From positions 140,246,001-140,310,000 of the forward strand of contig CM059431.1 in assembly GCA_030390025.1 (NCBI GenBank): DNA of 64,000 nucleotides. The letters are read 5' to 3'. A program made the translations under genes and the position numbers. Below the pieces are notes generated by a model. That model was not told where the DNA came from. It saw only the letters and a program-made list of their open reading frames with translations, and did not search any database. This stretch comes from Squalus acanthias. Lineage: Eukaryota. Each line of letters opens with the position of its first letter. Within the stretch, counting starts at the first letter, position 1. Of this stretch, positions 1 to 13,993 are shown in pieces.

Positions 1-210
1 CCTCTCTATATCATGTAATGTACACCTTTCCTCCAATGTCTCAGTGAAATAACATTTCAGGGCGCTTTATTTCTTTTGGTAGTCGTCCATTTACTCAGAT
101 CGGAGCACACCTGCCTGGGTTTCCTGCAACTCCCTAGAGTGTGGGCTGTAAATGTGCCATTTTGTCGCTGCACTACAGACAAACGAGCGGAGTCTGATCT
201 CACTGGTCGC

Positions 211-2190
211 ATCATAGAACATAGAACAGTACAGCACAGTACAGGCCCTTCGGCCCTCGATGTTGTGCCGAGCATTGTCCGAGACCAAGATCAAGCTATC
301 ACACTCCCTATCACTCTGGTGTGCTCCATGTGCTTATCCAATAACCGCTTGAAAGTTCCTAAAGTGTCCGACTCCACTATCACAGCAGGCAGTCCATTCC
401 ACACCCCAACCACTCTCTGAATAAAGAATCTACCTCGGACATCCCTTCTATATCTCCCCCCATGCACCTTATAGTTATGCCCCCTTGTAACAGCTGCCTC
501 TACCCGAGGAAATAGTCTCTGAACATCCACTCTATCTATCCCCCTCATCATCTTATAAACCTCTATTAAGTCGCCTCTCATCCTCCTCCGCTCTAAAGAG
601 AAAAGCCCCAACTCCCTCAATCTTTCCTCATAAGACCTCCCCCCCAAACCAGGCAGCATCCTGGTAAATCTCCTTTGCACTCTTTCCAATGCTTCCACGT
701 CCTTCCTATAGTGAGGTGACCAGAACTGCACACAATATTCCAAATGTGGTCTCACCAAGGTCCTGTACAGTTGCAGCATAACCTCACGGTTCTTAAACTC
801 AAACCCTCTGTTAATAAACGCCAACACACCATAGGCCTTCTTTACTGCTCTATCCACTTGAGTGGCAACCTTCAGAGATCTGTGGATATGAACCCCCAGA
901 TCCCTCTGCTCCTCCACGTTCCTCAGAACCCTGCCATTGACCCTGTAATCCTTATTCAAATTTGCCCTACCAAAATGAATCACCTCGCACTTATCAGGGT
1001 TAAATTCCATCTGCCATTTTTCGGCCCAGCTCTGCATCCTATCAATGTCTCTTTGCAGCCTACAACTGCCCTCCACCTCATCCACTACTCCACCAATCTT
1101 GGTGTCATCAGCAAATTTACTGATCCACCCTTCACTCCCCTCCTCCAAGTCATTGATAAAAATCACAAACAGCAGAGGACCCAGCACCGACCCCTGTGGC
1201 ACACCGCTGGTAACTGGTCTCCAGTCCGAAAATGTTCCATCCACCACCACCCTCTGCCTTCTATGAGATAGCCAGTTACTTATCCAATCGGCCAAATTTC
1301 CCTCTATCCCACAACTCCTTACTTTCTTCATGAGACGACCATGGGGAACCTTATCAAACGCCTTACTAAAATCCATGTATACGACATCAACTGCTCTACC
1401 TTCATCTACACACTTAGTTACCTCCTCAAAGAATTCAATCAAATTTGTTAGGCAAGACTTACCCTTCACGAATCCGTGTTGACTATCCCTGATTAAGTTG
1501 CCCCTTTCCAAATGGTCATAAATCCTATCCCTCAGGACCTTTTCCATTATCTTACCAACCACCGAAGTAAGACTAACCGGCCTATAATTACCAGGGTCAT
1601 TCCTATTTCCTTTCTTGAAGAGAGGAACAACATTCGCCACTCTCCAGTCCTCTGGCACCATCCCCGTGGACAGTGAGGACCCAAAGATCAAAGCCAGAGG
1701 CTCTGCAAACTCCTCCCTTGCCTCCCAAAGAATCCTAGGATATATCCCATCTGGCCCAGGGGACTTATCGACCCTCAGGTTCTTCAAAATTGCTAAAACA
1801 TCTTCCCTCAGAACATCTACCACCTCCAGCCTATCCACCTTTATCACACTCTCATCCTCAAGAACATGGCCCCTCTCCTCGGTGAACACTGACGAAAAGT
1901 ATTCATTCATCACCTCTCCTATCTCTTCTGACTCCATGCACAAGTTCCCACTACTGTCCTTGACCGGCCCTACCCTCACCCTGGTCATTCTTTTATTTCT
2001 CACATAAGAGTAAAAGGCCTTGGGGTTTTTCTTGATCCGACCCGCCAAGGACTTCTCATGCCCCCTCCTAGCTCTCCTAAGCTCTTTTTTTTAGCTCATT
2101 CCTTGCTACCTTGTACCCCTCAATCGACCCAACTGAACCTTGTTTTCTCATCCTTACATACGCTTCCTTTTTCCTCTTGACTAGACATTT
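211..2190 (-). mobile_element. CR1-type LINE, 5'-truncated, young; intact RT portion of ORF2 (291-2048)
   Basis: 585-aa open ORF with [47 protein letters not shown]; (catagaa)n tail; inserted in the 40-bp satellite. Confidence 0.95.
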
Positions 2191-3512
2191 TCCTCGGATT
2201 ACACACAGTCTGATCTCACTGGGCTCACCCTCCACGGGATATACCGTCTGATCTCACTGGTCCCATCATCACCGGATTACACACAGTCTGATCTCACTGG
2301 GCTCACCCTCCACGGGATATACCGTCTGATTTCACTGGGACCATCCTCCCAGGGATACACACAGTCAAATCTCATTGGACCCATCCTTCCAGGGTTAAAT
2401 ACTGTCTGATCTCACTGAGCCGAACCTCCCCGGGATACACGCTATGAAACATAGAAACATAGAATCTAGGAGCAGGAGTAGGCCATTCGGCCCGTCAGCC
2501 TGCTCCACCATTCTATACGATCATGGCTGATCATCCAAGTCCAGTACCCTGTCCCTGCTTTAATCCCCACAGTACATATATCCCACCCTACCCCCGTAAC
2601 CCCACGTATTTAATTCCCCCTAACATATCCCATCCTATCCCCATAACCCCACATATTTAATCCCCCCCTAACACTAAGGGTCAATTTATCATAGCCAAAT
2701 CAACCTAACCCGCACATTTTGGACTGTGGGAGGAAACCGGAGCACCCGGAGGAAACCCACGCAGACACAGGGAGAATGTGCAAACTCCACACAGACAGTC
2801 ACCCGAGGTCAGATTCGAACCCAGGGTCCCTGGCGCTGTGAGGCACCAGTGCTAACCACTATGCCACCGTGTTGCCCTCCGCGGGATACGCACTGCTGAT
2901 CTCACTGGGCCCATCCACCACGGGTTACACACTGTCTGATCTCACTGGGACCATCCTCCCCGCGTCACACATTGTCTGATCTCACTGGTCCCTTCTACCC
3001 CGGGTTAAACACTGTCTGATCTCACTGGGCCTATCCTCCCCGGATGAAACACTGTCTGATGTCTCTGGGCCCTTCGTCCCTCGTTTACAGAATGATGTTT
3101 TCACTGGGCCCATCCTTCTCAGGTTGCATATTGTCTGAACTCACTGGGCCCATTCGCCCAGGGTATCAGAAATGCAGATCTCACTGGGCCCATCCTCCCC
3201 GGGTTACACACTCTCTGATCGCACATGGGCCCATCCTCCCCGATTTACAAACTGCCTGACTTAACTTAGCCCATCCGCCCCGGGTTACACACTGACTGAT
3301 CTCACTGGGCCCCTCCTCCAATGGTTAAACAGTTTCTGATCTCACTGGGCATTCCTCCCCGGGTTACAAACAATCTGATCTCACTGGACACATCCTCTCC
3401 GAGTAATGCACTATCTTATCTCACTGGTCCCATCGTCCCCAGGTAACACACTGTCTGATCTCACGGGACAATCCTCCCCGATTTACCTACTGTCTGATAT
3501 CACTGGCCCCAT
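2191..3512. repeat. 40-bp satellite (ctgtctgatctcactgggcccatcctccccgggttacaca)n, diverged, interrupted by the SINE
   Basis: Tandem 40-bp period visible directly. Confidence 0.9.
2444..2877 (-). mobile_element. HE1-like tRNA-derived V-SINE with CR1-type 3' tail
   Basis: Minus strand has a tRNA-like head (gggcaacacggtggcatagtggttagcactg...gggttcgaatc), V-domain core (ggtttcctccgggtgctccggtttcctccc) and CR1 3' tail; ~17-bp imperfect TSD (2427-2443 / 2878-2894). Confidence 0.85.
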
Positions 3513-3514
3513 TC

Positions 3515-6500
3515 TTCAATTTAATTAATTGCATTAATTAAAGTGTAAGACATGCAGCACAGCTCGGACCCGTGGCATGCTCCTCCTGCACTATATGGGA
3601 AATCAGGGACACTTCCTGTGTCTCTGACGGCTATCTGTGCATGGAAGTGTATCCAACTGCAGCTACTGGCAGACCGCATTGTGGCGCTGGAGCAGCGAAT
3701 GGATACATACTGGAGATTTCGCGATGCTGAGGACGTCGAGGATAGCACGTTTATGGAGTTGGTCACACGGCAGGTAAAGGCTGCACAGGCAGGAAGGGAA
3801 TGGGTGACCACCAGGCAGATTAGTATGCGCAGTCAGGTAGTGCAGAGGTGCCCTGTGGCCATCCCCCTCTCAAACAGATACTGTTGGATATTGTTGGGGG
3901 CGATGGCTTATCGGGGGAAGGCGGCAATAGCCAACTTCCTGGCAACAGGGGTGGTTCTGGTGCACAGGTCGGGAGAAAAAAGAGCGGGAGAGCTACAGCG
4001 ATAGGGTATTCTATTGTAAGGGTAATAGATAGAAGCATAGAAGATGGGAGCAGGTGTAGGCGATTCGTCCTCTCGAGCCTGCTCCGCCATTTAATAAGAT
4101 CATGGCTGATCATCCAAATTCAGTACCCGTTCCCTGCTTTCTCCCCATATCCCTTTAGCTTTACGAAATATATCTATCTACTTCTTGCATGTATTTAATG
4201 AATTGCCCTCAACTGCCTTATGTGGTGGAGAATTTGACAGGTTCACCACTCTCTGGGTGAAGAAATTCCTCCTCATCTCAGTCCTAAATGGCTTATCCCT
4301 TATCCTTAGACTGTGACCATTGGTTCTGGACTCCTCCAACATCGGGAGAAACCTTCCTGCAGCAAGTGTGCCTAGTCCTGTTAAAATGTTATAAGTTTCA
4401 ATGAGATCTCCTCTCATTCTTCGAAACTCTGGCGAATATAAGCCTACTCGACCCAATCTCTCTTCATACGTCATTCCAGCCATCCCAGGTATCAGTCTGA
4501 TAAATCTTCGCTGCACACTCTCCATGGCAAGAACATCCTTCCTCAGATAAGGCGACCAAAACTGCACACAATACTCAAGGCCTTGTACAACTGCAGCAAG
4601 ACATCCTTGCTCCTGTACTCGAATTCTCTCGCTATGAAGGCCAACATATCATTTGCCTTCTTAACCGCCTGCTGCACCTGCATGCTTACCTTCAGCGACT
4701 GGTGCACAAGAACTCCGAGATCTCGTTGCACTTCCCCTTTTCCCAATCTATTGCCGTTCCGATAATAATCTGTCTTCCTGTTTTTGCCTCCAAAGTGGAT
4801 AACCTCGCATTTATCCACATTATACTGCATCTGCCATGCATCTGCCCAATCACCCAACCTGTCCAAATCATACTGGAGTTTCTCTGCATCCTCCTCACAG
4901 CACACACGCCCACCCAGCTTTGTGTCGTCTGCAAACTTAGTGATATTACATCTAGTTCCCTCGTCTAGATCATTAATATATATTTTGAATGGCTGGGGTC
5001 CTAGCACCGATCCCTGCGATACCCCACGAGTCACTGCCTGCCACTCGGAAAAAGACACGTTTATTCTAACTCTTTGCTTCCTGTCTGCCAACCAGTTCTC
5101 TATCCAAATCAGTACCTTACCCCCCAATCCCATGTGCTTTAACTTTGCACGCTAATCTCTTCTGCGGGACCTTATCGAAAGCCTTCTGAAAGTCCAAATA
5201 CACCACATTCACTGGTTCTCCCTTATCTATCCTACCAGTTACATCCTCAAAAAATTCGAGTAGATTAGTCACGCATGATTTACCTTTTCTACGTGTTGAC
5301 TGTGTCCGATTCTGTCACTGTTTTCCAAGTGCTCTGCTATTACATCTTTTATAATGGACTCTAGCATTTTGCCCACTACCGATGTCAGGCTTACCGATCT
5401 GTAATTCCCCATTTTTTCTCTAGCACCTTTTTTAAATAGTGGGGTTACATTAGCTACCCTCCAATCCATGGGAACTGTTCCATACTGTATAGAATTTTGA
5501 AAGATGACCGGCAATGCATCTATTATTTCTAGGTCCACTTCCTTAAGTACCCTGGGATGTAGATTATCAGGCCATGGGGATTTATCGTTCTTCAATCCCG
5601 TCAATTACCCTAACACCATTTCCCTACAAATACTGATTTCCTTCAATTCCTCCCTCTCATTAGACCCTATGTTCCTAGACATCTCTGGGAGTTTATTTGT
5701 GTCGTTTCTGCGGCCGCGAACGAAACTCCAGGATGGTATGTTGCCTCCCTGGTGCAAGGGTAAAGGATGTCTCGGAGCGGCTCCAGGGCATTCTGGAGGG
5801 GGAGGGTAAACAGCCAGTTGCCGTGGTGCATATAGGAACCAACGATATAGGTAAAAAACTGGATGAGGCCCTAAAAGCTGAATATTGGGAGTTAAGAGTT
5901 AAATTAAAAAATAGGACCTCAAAGGTAGTAATCTAAGGATTGCTACCAGTGTCACGTCCTAGTCAGAGTAGAAATAGAAGGATATTTCAGATGAATACGT
6001 GGCTAGAGGTATGTTGCAAGGGGGAGGGATTCAAATTCCTGGGACATTGGTACCGTTTAAAGGGGAGGTGGGACCAGTACATACTGGACGGTTTACATCT
6101 GGGCAGGACCGGGACCGATGTCCAAGGGGGAGTGTTTGCTGGTGCTGCTGGAGAGGGTTTAAACTAAAATGGCAGGGCGTTGGGAACCGGTGCAGGGAAA
6201 CAGAGGAAAGGGAAGCAATGATAGAAGCAAAAGACAGGAAGGAGAAAAGCAAAAGTGGAAGGCAGAGAAATCAAGGGTGTAAATCGAACAGGGCCACATT
6301 AAATTATAATTTTAAAAGGACTAAGAGTGTTAGAAAATCAAGCCTGAAGGCTTTGTGTCTTAATGCGATTAGCTTCCGTAATAAGGTGGATGAATTAGCT
6401 GCGCAAATAGATGTAAACGCATATGATACAATTGGGATTATGGATGCATGTCTCCAGGTTGACCAAGGCAGGGAATTCAACATCCAGTGGTATTCAATAA

Positions 6501-8110
6501 TGAGGAAGGACAGGCAAAAGGAAAAGGAGGTCTGGAAGCATTGCTGGTTAAAGAGGAGATTAACACAATAGTAAGGAAGGATATTAGCTCTGATGATGTG
6601 GAATCTGTATGGGTAGAGCTGAGAAATACCATGGGGCAAAAACGTTAGTGGAAGTTGTATACAGCCCCCCAAACAGTAATGCTGAGGTGGGGGATGGCAT
6701 TAAACGGGAAATTAGAGATGCGTGCAATAAGGGCACAGCAGTTATCATGGGTGACTTTAATGTACATATAGATTGGGCTAACCAAATTAGTAACAGTACT
6801 GTGGAGGAGGAATTCCTAGAGTGTATTTAGGATGGTTTCCTGGACCAATATGTTGAGGAACGAACTTGAGATCAGGCCATCTTAGACTGGGTATTATGTA
6901 ATGAGAAAGGATTAAATAGCAATATTGTTGAGCGAGGCCCCTTGGGGAGGAGCGATCATAATATGATAGAATTCTTCATTAAGATGGAGTATGAAGCATG
7001 TGACTCAGAGACTGGGGTCCTGAATTTAAATAAAGGAAACTACGATGGTATGAGGAGCGAGATGGCTAGGATGGATTGGGGAACGTTATTTAAAGGGTTA
7101 TCGGCGGATAGGCAATTGCAAACATTTACAGATCGCATGAATGAACGACAGAATTTGTTCATCCCTGTCTGGCATAAAAATAAAACAAAAAAGGTGACTT
7201 AACCGTGGCTAAAAAGGGAAATTAGGGATAACATAAGATCCAAGGAGGGGACATATAAATTGGCCAGAAAAATCAGCAAACCTGAGGATTGGGAGCAGTT
7301 TAGGAATCAGCAAAGGAGGACAAGAGGATTAATTAAGAGGGGGAATTAGAGTATGAGAGTAAGCTTGAAGGGAACATAAAAACTGACTGTAAAAGCTTCT
7401 ATAGATAGGTGAAGAGTAAAAGATTGGTGAAGTCAAGCGTAGGTCCCTTGCAGTCAGAATCAGGGGAATTTATATTGTGGAAAAAAGAAATGGCAGACCA
7501 ATTAAATACATACTTTAGTTCCGTCATGACAAAGGAGGACACAAATAACCTCCCAGAGATGTCAGGGAACATAGGGTCTAATGAAACGGAGGAACTGAAT
7601 GAAATCAGTATTTGTAGGGAAATGGTGTTAGGGAAATTGACGGGATTGAAGGCCGATAAATCCCCAGGGCCTGATAATCTACATCCTAGGGTATTTAAGG
7701 AAGTGGCCCTAGAAATGGTAGATGCATTGCTGGTCATCTTCCAAAATTCTATAGACTCGGGCACTGTTCGCATGGATTGGAGGGTAGCTAATGTAAAACG
7801 GGGATTATAGACCGTTAAGCCGGACATCGGTGCTGGGGAAAATGCCAGAGTCCATTAAAAAAGAAGTAATAGCAGAGCACTTGGAAAACAGTGACAGGAT
7901 CGGACAAAATCAACATGGATTTACAAAAGGTAAATCGTGCTTGACTAATCAACTGGAATTTTTTGAGGATGTAACTGGTAGAATAGATAAGACATAACCA
8001 GTGGATGTGGTGTATTCGGGCTTTCAGAAGGCTTTCGATAAGGTCCCGCATAAGAGATTAGCGTACAAAGTTAAAGCACATGGGATTGGGGGTAAGGTAC
8101 TGATTTGGAT
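3515..8110 (+). mobile_element. Degenerate CR1 LINE (ORF1 zinc-finger/esterase, APE endonuclease, start of RT), interrupted at 4032-5703
   Basis: CWKCIQLQLLADRIVALE-like ORF1; IG(Y/D)SIVR...MVCCLPGARV, VVHIGTND; IMGDFN, SDHNMI; KSPGPDNLHPRV; many stops. Confidence 0.85.
4032..5703 (-). mobile_element. 5'-truncated CR1 LINE nested in ORF1 of the + strand CR1
   Basis: RT motifs QGSVLGP, FADDTKLGG, QFWSPYLRKD; 3' UTR/tail at ~4032. Confidence 0.9.
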
Positions 8111-11100
8111 TTCACTGGGCTCATCCTCTCGGGCTTGCACACTGTATGATCTCACTGGGCCCATCCTCCCCGGGTTACACACTGTCTGATCTCACTTAGC
8201 CATCTTCCCGGTTTACACACTGTCTGATTTCACTGGGCCCACCCTCCCTGGGTTACACACTGTCTGATCTCACTGGGACCATCCTCCCCGGGTTACACAC
8301 GGTCTGATCTCACTGGGCTCATCCACCCCGGGTTACACACAGCCTGATCTCACTAGGCCCATCCTCCCCTGGTAACAAACTGTTCTATCTCACTGGGCCA
8401 TCCTCCCAGGTTACGCACTTTCTGATCTCACTGGGCATATCCTCCCCTGGTTACCAACTCTATGATATCACTCGGCCCATCCTTCCCATGTTACACACTG
8501 TCTGATCTCACTGGGCCCAATTTACACAGGCTTACACACTGTCTATCCTCACTGGGCCCATCCTCGCCAGGTTAGACACTGTCTCATCTCACTGGGCCAA
8601 TCCTCCCAGGATTACAATCTGATTGCTTTCACTGGGCCCATCCTCCCAGGAGTAAACTCTGTCTGCTCCCAGTGGGATTATCCTCCCCGGGTTATACAGT
8701 CTGATCTCACTGGACCCAAAGTCCCCGGATTACAAACTGTCTGATTTCACCGGGCCCATCCTCCCCGGTTTACACACTGTTTGATATCACTGGGCCCGTC
8801 CTCCCCGGGTCAGACAAATTCTGCTCTCACAAGACCCATCCTCCCCGGTTACACACTGTCTAATCTCACTGGACCCATCCTCCCCTGTTTATAAATTGTA
8901 TTATCTCACTGGGTTCCTCCTACCTTGGTTACACAGTGTCTGCTTCCAATAGACCGTACCTCCACGGTTTCAAACACTGTCCGCTCTCACTGGGCTCATC
9001 CATCCCGATTTACACAATGTCTGAACTCACTGGGCCCATCCATCCCTGGTCACACACTGTCTGATCTCACTGGGATCATCTTCCCCTGGTTTCACACAGT
9101 CTGATCTCACTGGGCCCATCCTCCCCGGGATTCACACAGTCTGATCTCACAGGACCCATCCTCACCGGGTTAAAAATTGTGTGATCTCACTGGGCTCATT
9201 CTCACCGGGTTTCCCACTGTCTGATATCACTGGACCGAACCTCGCCCGGATACACACTTTCTGTTCTCACTGGGCCCATCCATCCCGGGTTACACACTGT
9301 CTGATCTCACTGGGCCCCTCCTCCCCGGGTTACACTCTGTCTGATCTCACTGGGCCAAACCTCCCCGGGTTGCACACTGCCTGATCTCACTGGGACGATT
9401 CTCCCCGGGTTACACACGGTCTGATTTCACTGGGCCCATCCTCCCCGGGTTACACACTGTCTGATCTCACTGGGCCCATCCTCCCAGGGTTACACACTGT
9501 CTGACTTCACTGGGCCCTTCCTACCCGGGTTACACACTGCCTGATCTCACTAGGCCCATCCTCCCCTGGTAACAAACTGTTCTATCTCACTGGGCCATCC
9601 TCCCAGGTTACGCACTTTCTGATTTCACTGGGCATATCCTCCCCTGGTTACCAACTCTATAATATCACTCGGCCCATCCTCCCCATGTTACACACTGTCT
9701 GATCTCACTGGGCCCAATTTACACAGGCTTACACACTGTCTAATCTCACTGGGCCCATCCTCTCCAGGTTAGACACTGTCTCATCTCACTGGGCCCATCC
9801 TCCCAGGATTACAAACTGATTGCTTTCACTGGGCCCATCCTCCCAGGAGTAAACTCTGTCTGCTCCCAGTGGGATTATCCTCCCCGGGTTATACAGTCTG
9901 ATCTCACTGGATCCAAACTCCCCGTATTACAAACTGTCTGATTTCACCGGGCCCATCCTCCCCGGTTTACACACTGTTTGATCTCACTGGGCCCGTCATC
10001 CCCGGGTCAGAAAAATTCTGCTCTCTCAAGACCCATCCTCCCCGGTTACACACTGTCTAATCTCACTGGACCCAACCTCCCCGTTTATAAATTGTATTAT
10101 CTCACTGGGCTCCTCCTACCTGGGATACACACTGTCTGATATCACTGGGCCCATCCACCGCATGTTACACACTGTCTCATCTCACTGGACCAATCATCAC
10201 AGGATTACAAACTGTTTGCTCTCACTGGGCCCATCCTCCCAGGATATACACTGTTTGATCTCACTGGAGCCAACCTCCCCGGGTTACAAACTGTGTGATC
10301 TCACTATGCCCATCCTCTCCGGGTTACACACTGTCTGGATTCATTGGCCCATCCTCCCCGGGTTACACACTGTCTGATCTCACTGGGCCCATCCTCCCCG
10401 GGTTACACACTGGCTGATCTCACTGGGCCCATCCTCCCCGGGTTACACACTGGCTGATCTCACTGGGCCCATGCTGCCCGGGATACACACTGTCTGATCT
10501 CACTGGGACGATTCTCCCCGGGTTACACACGGTCTGATTTCACTGGGCCCATCCTCCCCTGGTTAAACACGTTCTGATCTCACTGGGCACATCCTCCCCG
10601 GGTTACACACTGTCTGATCTCACTGGGCCATCCTCCCAGGGTTACACACTGTCTGACTTCACTGGGCCCTTCCTACCCGGGTTACACACTGCCTGATCTC
10701 ACTAGGCCCATCCTCCCCTGGTAACAAACTGTTCTATCTCACTGGGCCATCCTCCCAGGTTACGCACTTTCTGATTTCACTGGGCATATCCTCCCCTGGT
10801 TACCAACTCTATAATATCACTCGGCCCATCCTCCCCATGTTACACACTGTCTGATCTCGCTGGGCCCAATTTACACAGGCTTACACACTGTCTAATCTCA
10901 CTGGGCCCATCCTCTCCAGGTTAGACACTGTCTCATCTCACTGGGCCCATCCTCCCAGGATTACAAACTGATTGCTTTCACTGGGACCATCCTCCCAGGA
11001 GTAAACTCTGTCTGCTCCCAGTGGGATTATCCTCCCCGGGTTATACAGTCTGATCTCACTGGATCCAAACTCCCCGTATTACAAACTGTCTGATTTCACT

Positions 11101-13040
11101 GGGCCCATCCTCCCCGGTTTACACACTGTTTGATCTCACTGGGCCCGTCATCCCCGGGTCAGACAAATTCTGCTCTCACAAGACCCATCCTCCCCGGTTA
11201 CACACTGTCTAATCTCACTGGACCCAACCTCCCCGGTTTATAAATTGTATTATCTCACTGGGCTCCTCCTACCTGGGATACACACTGTCTGAAATCACTG
11301 GGCCCATCCACCGCATGTTACACACTGTCTCATCTCACTGGACCAATCATCACAGGATTACAAACTGTTTGCTCTCACTGGGCCCATCCTCCCAGGATAT
11401 ACACTGTTTGATCTCACTGGAGCCAACCTCCCCGGGTTACAAACTGTGTGATCTCACTATGCCCATCCTCTCCGGGTTACACACTGTCTGGATTCATTGG
11501 CCCATCCTCCCCGGGTTACACACTGTCTGATCTCACTGGGCCCATCCTCCCCGGGTTACACACTGGCTGATCTCACTGGGCCCATGCTGCCCGGGATACA
11601 CACTGTCTGATCTCACTGGGACGATTCTCCCCGGGTTACACACGGTCTGATCTCACTGGGCCCATCCTCCCCGGGTTACACGCTGTCTGATCTCACTGGG
11701 CCAAACCTCCCCGTGTTACACAATGTCTGATCTGACAGGACGCCTACTCCCCGGGTTACACACTGTCTGATCTCAATGGGCCCATCCTCCCCGGGTAACA
11801 AACTGTCCGATCTCACTGGGACATCCTCCCGGGTTACACACTGTCTGATATCACTGGGCCCATCCACCGCATGTTACACACTGTCTCATCTCACTGGGCC
11901 AATCATGCCAGGATTACACACTGTCTACTCTCACTGGACCCAACATCCCCGGGTTTCAAACTGTTTGCTCTCACTGTCCCGTCCTCCCAGGATAACCCGC
12001 AGTCTGCTCACACTGGGACCATCCTCCGGGGATATACACTGTCTGATCTCACTGGAGCCAACCTCCCCGGGTTACAAACTGTGTGATCTCACTGGGCCCA
12101 TTCTCCCCGGATTACACACTGTCTGATCTCACTGGGCCCATCCTCCCCGGGTTACACACTGTCTGATCTCCCTGGATCCAACCTCCCCGGATTTAGAAAC
12201 TGTTTGATCACACTGGGCCCATCCATCCCGGGTTACACACAGTCTGGTCTCACTGGGCCCATCCTCCCCGGGATACACACTGTCTGATCTCACTGGGCCC
12301 ATCCTCCCCGGGTCACACACTGTCTGATCTCACTGGGCCCATCCTCCCCGGGTTAGACTATGTCTGAACTCATTGGGCCCGTTCTCCACGGGTCACAAAA
12401 TGTCTGATCTCACTGGGCCCATCCTCCCCGGTTACACACTGTCTGATTTAACTGGGCCCATCCTCCCCGGATTACACACTGTCTGATCTCACTGGGCCAA
12501 TTCTCCCCGGGTTACAAACTGTCTACTCCCAAAAGACCCATCCTCCTCGGGTTACACATTCACTGATCACACTTAGCCCATCCATCCCGGGTTACACACA
12601 GTCTGATCTCACTGGGACCATCCTCCCGTGGTTAAACACTGTCTCATCTCACTGGGCCCATCCTCCCCGGGTTACACACTGTCTGATCTCATTGGACCCA
12701 TCCTCCCCGGGTTACACACTGTCTGATCTCACTGGGCCCATCCTCCTCGGGTTACACACTGTCTGATCTCACTGGACGCATCTCCACGGGTTACACACTG
12801 TCTGATCTCACTGGACGCATCTCCACGGGTTACACACTGTCTGATCTCACTGGGCCCATCCTCCCCGGGCTACACACTGTCTGATCTCACTGGACCCATC
12901 CTCACCGGGATACACACTGTCTGATCACACTGGGCCCATCCTCCCCGGGTTAGAAACTGTCTGATCTCACTGGGCCCATCCTCCCTAGGCGACACATTGT
13001 CTGATCTCACTGTAACAATCCTCCCTGGGCTGCACACTTC
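8108..13040. repeat. 40-bp satellite array with ~1.15-1.2 kb higher-order repeat
   Basis: Tandem 40-mers; the same variant runs recur at ~8342, ~9539, ~10691. Confidence 0.95.
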
Positions 13041-13765
13041 TTCTACTTCTCTGTGCTGTTTTACTCTCCGATATTTCTATCATGTGTTAATTTTCTGAAA
13101 TCAATATTAACCATCGTTCCCATAAACGCTCTCTCAAATATTCCAAGCTGCAAAAATGAGTCTTATTTTGTCAGCAACAACCAATCCTCCGCTATTAGTA
13201 AAGGCGAGTGAAAGGTTAAACTAGAATTTTGACATCTTATGTGCAACAGGAAATGAATGTGACAGGACATGAGTTTGACCAACAGTAAGTGTGACGCTCA
13301 CAGGATGTGTGCGGTGCGAATAAGACTTTTAATGTATTATTTTTCAATCTCGAAGGCCTGGCGCATACTAAGACAGATGGACTGGAAAGTCTTCTCACTG
13401 CGAATTTTTGGAAGAAGCCAGATAGTCAAAGGACATGTGCGAATATTCATTGCACCGCCCCCAGTACTGGGAGTAAGGAATAGCATGTGGAATAATATTC
13501 TCTGTTGAAAAGGAACTGAAATAAGCCTTATCAATATAAGAAATGTGTTATTAAACCATTACAATAAGAAGTCTTACGAATTATATATATCTATTAACCT
13601 AGTGCTCAAAAGTAATATAATGGAAACAGTGGTGTCCCCAGTGATCTCTATTGGGCATTCAACTTTTAAATATTATATAAATGACTTGGGTGAAGGACTA
13701 CAGAGTCGTATTTCTAAATTTGCTGACGACACTAAGTTAGTTCGCACAGTAAGCATTGCAGATGG
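13030..13765. repeat. ~740-bp block duplicated at 15273-16002 (partial third copy 14525-14643), ending in an old CR1 RT fragment
   Basis: Near-identical sequence cttctacttctctgtgctg...gcattgcagatgg in both copies. Confidence 0.9.
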
Positions 13766-13885
13766 GCAGAGACAATCTGGAAACAGGAAGCTAGTGACTG
13801 CTAACTGGACCTCCATGCTTTGTTATAAGTCGATTAAAGTCTTGCTTTATGTTCAACAAAGTGCGTAGTGAGTCTTTATTACGTC

Positions 13886-13993
13886 ACAGGGCACTGAATT
13901 TGGATGATCAGCCATGATCTCATTAAATGGCGGAGCAGGCTCGAGGGGCCGAAAGGCATACTCCTGCTCATATCTTCTATGTTTCTATGTTTC
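13886..13993 (+). mobile_element. CR1 3' UTR and (tctatgtt)n tail
   Basis: gatcagccatgatctcattaaatggcggagcaggctcgagggg...ctatgtttctatgtttct. Confidence 0.85.

Noticed and set aside
291..2048. Domesticated host reverse transcriptase gene
   Set aside because: 5'-truncated CR1 with tail, inserted in satellite, no ATG start or promoter
2800..2877. tRNA gene
   Set aside because: tRNA-like head of a SINE, continuous with the V-domain and LINE tail
13337..13398. Possible terminal minus-strand exon (EKTFQSICLSMRQAFEIEK*) in phase with the orphan exon
   Set aside because: Short, weak acceptor, could easily be chance; needs transcript evidence
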